64,000 nt of DNA, from the NCBI GenBank assembly GCA_035221665.1, contig CM069147.1, positions 20,460,001 to 20,524,000 of the forward strand. The letters are read 5' to 3'. Numbering within the stretch: position 1 is the stretch's first letter; each line of letters begins with the position of its first letter. The notes below the pieces were generated by a model. It saw only the letters and a list, made by a program, of their open reading frames with translations, was not told where the DNA came from and did no database searches. A program made the translations under genes and the position numbers. This document shows, one piece after another, positions 58,707-64,000 of this stretch. Source of the DNA: Okamejei kenojei. Taxonomy: Eukaryota.

Positions 58707-59339
58707 TCTTCTCAAACTTCTGTGGAAGTGGAGACATTGCAGAGATTTATCTGTGATGACCACAATGTGCCAAGTGAGACGTGGTCAATATGTACCAGTT
58801 CGATCAAACACACAAATACCATGGCTGCCCTGCCAGATAGCTTCAGGATCCTAGTATCCTGTGACGATTCATTAGCAACATCTCATTCAAATATTCAACG
58901 TCACGTTTAAAGTGACCATCGTTCTCCACTAACCGTTCCGTTTGATTCCCTGTGACCACTGAAAGCACCATGCCGATTTGACTATGATGAAAATACTTTC
59001 AATCCGTTGCTTGAACGTCATTCCAAAACTCACGTGGGTTCATTGTTGTGGGCAATGTTTCCTGGGCATATCCCATCTGCACAGATCATTAAAGGCGCAT
59101 TTTTGTGTCATGTAGGTTTAATCAGCAACTTTCAGTAAAGTAAATGGACCCATGCATTTGCATTATGATAGGCTTTACTGTAATTTATCATGTCCTATAT
59201 GCCTTCTGGTCACGACACCTTTACGTGCTGATTGGAGTAGAGGAGAGAAAGTCTCTTCCACTGCACAATCGTTCATTCATCTTAGATTCAGTATGTCGAT
59301 GAGTACTTTGGTTTAACCTCTGCAGGTGCAAGGTAGAGA

Positions 59340-59504
59340 ACATGTGTTGGAAGGAAGTGCAGGTGCTGGTTTATACCGAAGATAGACACCGAATGCTGGA
59401 ATAACTCAGCAGGTAAGGTAGCATCTATGATGAGTACTTAAGACATGGATACACGGATGCGAACAGTGGATCTACTAGGACGCTAGAGTCAAGGGGTGGG
59501 GGCG

Positions 59505-59535
<31 letters not shown>

Positions 59536-59725
59536 GGGGTATATTTGAAATTAGAACAATCGACGTTTCATACCACTAGGTTGTAAGCTGCCCAAGCGAA
59601 AAATGAAGTGATGTTCCTCCAAATTGATTGTGGCCTCCTTCTGAGAAAGGAGGAAGCACAGGACAGAAGGGTCAGTTTGCCAATCGGCAGGGGAGTTAAA
59701 ATGTTTGGCAACTGGGAGATTGCAT
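59340..59725 (-). mobile_element. Penelope-like element remnant (GIY-YIG endonuclease C-terminus)
   Basis: LPVAKHFNSP...LEEHHFIFRLGSLQPSGM in ORF 59551-59805; terminal-repeat fragment at 59345-59430. Confidence 0.75.
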
Positions 59726-60505
59726 GACAGATTGTGTTTAATCCGAACAAGTGTGACGTATTGCACTTTGGGAGGCCAGATGTAAGGGGAGAAATATGCA
59801 GTCAAAGGTAAGACCCTTAAAACAGCAACTCCCTGAAAACAGCAAAAAGATTTGATAGAGTGTAAAGAATGCGTATGCTATGCGTGCCTTCGTCGGTCCA
59901 TTCATTGAATATAAGTGGCAGAATGTCATATTGCAGCTTGATGAAACATTGTTTAGTCTGCATTTAGAATATTGTATGCATTTCCGGTCACCCCGATACA
60001 AGAAGGGCGCGAAGACTTTGGAAAGGGAGCAGGAGAAGTTCACTAGATTTCTACGTGGACTACGGGTTATTAGCTATAACGAGATGTTGAAAAGGCTGGA
60101 TTGTTTTCTCTGGAGCGTCGGGGGCTGAATGGATAACTGATAGATGTCTGCAATATTATAAGAGACATCGATTGGGTAGATAGTCCGGATGTTTTTCCTA
60201 GGATGGAAAACCCAGCCCCCAAGCGCATAGCATTAACGGGAGAGGAGGAAAGTTCAAAGAAGATATGCGTGGCTGATTTTTTTTTAACACGGAGTGGTAG
60301 GTACCTGAACCGCGCGGCCAGGGTTGGTGGTGGGGTCAGATGCGAAGGTAGCGCTTCAAGAGGGTTTTATAAATCCGTATGAATATGCGGAGAATGGAAG
60401 AAAGTGGATCATGTTCAGTCAAAAGGGATTAGTTTAATTTGGTATCATGTTCGGCATAGCAACGGTGGGCCGAAGGGCGCATTCCTACGCTGTTTTGTTC
60501 TGTCT
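59726..60505 (+). mobile_element. Old CR1 (HER1-like) 3' fragment
   Basis: HLEYCMHFRSPRYKK...LEREQEKFTR; gggccgaagggc tail shared with the SINE. Confidence 0.8.
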
Positions 60506-61153
60506 ATATACATAGATGGTTTCATTGGGCCTGAACTGTAGTGAGCCGTGTGCAGAACGGGGTATGCCTTTCTGTGACTGGGTCAATGAGTCATTCTAAG
60601 CTCAGAATTTAGTTCTGGACGGTTTGCGCCTATTAGTGATATCACAGAGGAGAAGGAAGCCCCTCATATATCTGCCGGGTACCTGCAGGGGGTTTCAATT
60701 CATTTCTAATCCATCCTATTCCCCGATAATAGACTCTCTCTCATTCGCTCCTCCGGTTTACGAGCCATTTGTGTAAATGCAGTTTTCCAGTTATTCTGTT
60801 TCACTCAAAATGTTAAGGCATAAGGCCGATAGGTTATTGATATGTAATGGCAGATGGCATTAATGGCGCAGACATGAATGCAGATGTGAGGTTACTGTTA
60901 ACTCACATTTGGAGTAATTAGATATGATAAGTTTCGTGGGGCCGTGTGGACTTTCTCTGCTCATAATTGTAATTTAATGCGGATTTTCTTCTTTGACCCT
61001 GAGCTACTAAAGGTATAGCATGCATTTGGTGTACGTCTGTCTTGGTATTTATTTATTTCATTTAGTGATAGCTACATATTGGGGGGGGGGGGGGGGGGGC
61101 GGCAAAAGGAGGAGCCGGCGTGCTTCGTAACTTTGTCCGCGCCGTAGGCGGGC

Positions 61154-61562
61154 NNNNNNNNNNNNNNNNNNNNNNNNNNNNNNNNNNNNNNNNNNNNNNN
61201 NNNNNNNNNNNNNNNNNNNNNNNNNNNNNNNNNNNNNNNNNNNNNNNNNNNNNNNNNNNNNNNNNNNNNNNNNNNNNNNNNNNNNNNNNNNNNNNNNNNN
61301 NNNNNNNNNNNNNNNNNNNNNNNNNNNNNNNNNNNNNNNNNNNNNNNNNNNNNNNNNNNNNNNNNNNNNNNNNNNNNNNNNNNNNNNNNNNNNNNNNNNN
61401 NNNNNNNNNNNNNNNNNNNNNNNNNNNNNNNNNNNNNNNNNNNNNNNNNNNNNNNNNNNNNNNNNNNNNNNNNNNNNNNNNNNNNNNNNNNNNNNNNNNN
61501 NNNNNNNNNNNNNNNNNNNNNNNNNNNNNNNNNNNNNNNNNNNNNNNNNNNNNNNNNNNNNN
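61154..61562. other. Assembly gap
   Basis: Run of N. Confidence 1.
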
Positions 61563-64000
61563 GTAACAGGATCGGTCTGAGTCAGGATGGATTTACAAAG
61601 GGGAAATCATGCAGAACTAATCTGAAATTTTTTGAAGTAACTAGGAAAATGGACAAGGGAGAGCAAGTGGATGTAGTGTACCTGGACTTTCAGAAAGCAT
61701 TTGATAAGGTCTCACATAGGAGATTAGTGGGCAAAATTAGGGCACAAGGTATTGGGGTTAGAGTGCTGACATGGATAGAAAATTGGTTGGCAGGCAGGAA
61801 ACAAAGTGTAGGGATTAACGGGTCCCTTTCAGAATGGCAGGCGGTGACTAGTGGGGTACCGCAAGGCTCGGTGCTGGGACCACAGCTATTTACAATATAC
61901 ATCAATGATTTGGATGAAGGGATTCAAATCACCACATACCCGAATCAGAAGCCATGGATGTACAGCGAGGTCAGGCGACTGCTGAAAGCACTGGACTCGG
62001 CTTTCAGGTCAGGCGATGCCCGTGCCTATAGTTCATCGAGGGCAAATCTGAAGAGGGGCATCAAGAACGCCAAACACAGATACAAGCTGCGGACCGAGGA
62101 GCACTTCGACAGCAACTCCGACCCCCAACGCATGTGGCATGGCATCCAGGCCATCACTGACTACAGAGTCACCAACTCCACCCCCACTTCCAGCGACGCA
62201 TCCTTCCTCGAGGAACTCGATCACTTTTATGGCCGCTTTGAAAGGGACAACCAAGAGTTGGCCAACAAGGCTGTGCTCCCCAATGAGCACCAGCCCCTCA
62301 CACTCAACCCCTACGACGTGCACGTGGCACTGAGTAGGATCAATGTACGTAAGGCTGCCGGCCCTGACGGCATCCCCGGTCGCGTCCTCAGGACCTGTGC
62401 TGCACAGCTGATAGACGTCTGGACTGACATCTTCAACCTGTCACTTGCCCAGGCTGTTGTCCCCACGTGCCTTAAATCTACCTCCATCGTGCCAGTGCCA
62501 AAACACTCCACTGCGGCGAGCCTCAAAGACTTCCGCCCAGTTGCACTCACCCCTATCATCGCCAAGTGCTTTGAAAGGCTGGGCATGGCACACCTCAAAT
62601 GCTGCCTACCTCCCACTCTGGACCCCTACCAGTTTGCATACTGCAAGAACAGGAGCACGGAGGATGCCATCTCAACGGCTCTCCACTCCACCCTCGCCCA
62701 CCTCGACAACAGAAACACTTATGTGAGAATGCTGTTCATCGACTACAGCTCAGCATTCAACACCATTATCCCCTCGAAATTGATCACCAAACTTGATGAC
62801 CTGGGCATCAACCCCTCCCTCTGCAATTGGTTACTGGACTTTCTAACCAACAGACCACAGTCTGTTAGATTGGATAACCACTCCTCTTCTACGCTCACCC
62901 TGAACACTGGCGTACCCCAGGGCTGCGTGCTGAGCCCCCTCCTCTACCCCCTCTTCACCTACGACTGCATACCTGTACATGGTACCAACACCATCATCAA
63001 GTATGTTGATGACACGACGGTGATTGGCCTCTTCAGCGACAATGATGAGTCGGCCTACAGTGCTCAACATCTCCGATGACTTCTCCTGGACCCACAACAC
63101 ATCCTCGCTGATCAAGAAGGCTCACCAGCGTCTCTTCTTCCTGAGGAGACTTAAGAAGGTCCACCTGTCTCCTCAGATTCTGGTGAACTTCTACCGCTGC
63201 ACCATCGAGAGCATCCTTACCAACTGCATCACAGTATGGTATGGTAACTGCTCCGTTGCCGACCGGAAAGCTCTGCAGAGGGTGGTGAAGATCGCCCGAC
63301 GCATCACAGGCTCCTCACTCCCCTCCATTGAGTCTGTCCATAGCAAACGATGCCTGTGCAGGGCGCACAGCATCGTCAGGGACAGCTCACACCCCAACCA
63401 TAGACTGTTTACCCTCCTCCCATCCGGGAGACGCTACAGGTCCCTCCGCTGCCGGACCAGCAGGCTCAAGAACAGCTTCTTCCCTGCGGCTGTCACACTT
63501 CTCAACGCTGCACCTCAATGACTGCCTGTCTCCACCCCTCACCACCCCCCCCCCCCCCCCCCCCCCCCCGGACTATCCAATCACCAGCAAATTGCATGGA
63601 TACCACTGCATATGTATATGTATTACTTGTTTATTCGTAAGTTCGCCCTTCGGAGATACCAACTGCATTTTGTTGTCTGTGTATTGTACACTGCACAATG
63701 ACAATTAAAGATTGAATTGAATTGAATTCAAAGTAACATTAGCAAATTTGCGGATGACACAAAGCTGGGTGGCAGTGTGAACTGTGAGGAGGATGTTATG
63801 AGAATGCAGGGTGACTTGGACAGGTTGGGGGAGTGGGCAGATGCATGGCAGATGAAGTTTAATGTGGATAAATGTGAGGTTATCCACTTCGGTATCAAAA
63901 ACAGGAAGGCAGATTATTATCTAAATGACGTCAAGAGGAGTCGAATATAGGAGCAAAGAGGTCTTTCTGCAGTTGTACATAGTCCTGGTGAGACCATACG
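61563..64000 (+). mobile_element. CR1 RT fragment interrupted by a Rex element
   Basis: [11 protein letters not shown]...[10 protein letters not shown]...DEGIQ up to 61928; resumes (SNISKFADDTK) at ~63726. Confidence 0.95.
61929..63725 (+). mobile_element. 5'-truncated Rex1/Babar-type LINE nested in CR1
   Basis: [60 protein letters not shown]; (ttgaa)n tail; TSD attcaaa at 61922-61928 and 63726-63732. Confidence 0.92.

Noticed and set aside
61120-61566. 148-aa ORF
   Set aside because: Artefact of translating the N gap
61649-63079. 476-aa ORF that looks like a double-RT fusion protein
   Set aside because: Chance in-frame junction of a CR1 fragment and a nested 5'-truncated Rex element, marked by the TSD attcaaa

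Overview
Vertebrate genomic DNA, very likely a cartilaginous fish (skate/ray-like). This is inferred from the repeat content: HE1-type V-SINE, CR1, Rex, Penelope, DIRS and Helitron elements. The window holds two tandem, minus-strand paralogous immunoglobulin-superfamily genes that the ORF track shows only as fragments. I reconstructed them by hand from splice sites and phases. Both have the architecture leader - germline-joined VJ-type V domain - C1-set domain - TM - cytoplasmic tail. Gene A (24445->10896, 7 exons, 348 aa) is complete and in phase, and ends in an ITIM (LTYATV) plus an ITSM-like motif (TVYADV), so it looks like an inhibitory non-rearranging antigen-receptor-like protein. Gene B (52615->45511, tail unresolved) is about 50% (V) and 59% (C1) identical by hand count, with no recognisable ITIM exons. 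A conserved non-coding RUNX-NFAT-CRE-like module lies 2.4-3 kb upstream of each gene. A third copy at ~700 predicts another paralog just left of the window, giving a ~27 kb repeat unit. The rest is transposon-derived: two DIRS elements in introns, several CR1s (two carrying different LINEs inserted at the same site), L1, Rex, an RLE-clade LINE, Penelope remnants with hammerhead-like motifs, non-autonomous Helitrons and SINEs. There is also a 1.75 kb tandem duplication and two assembly gaps.
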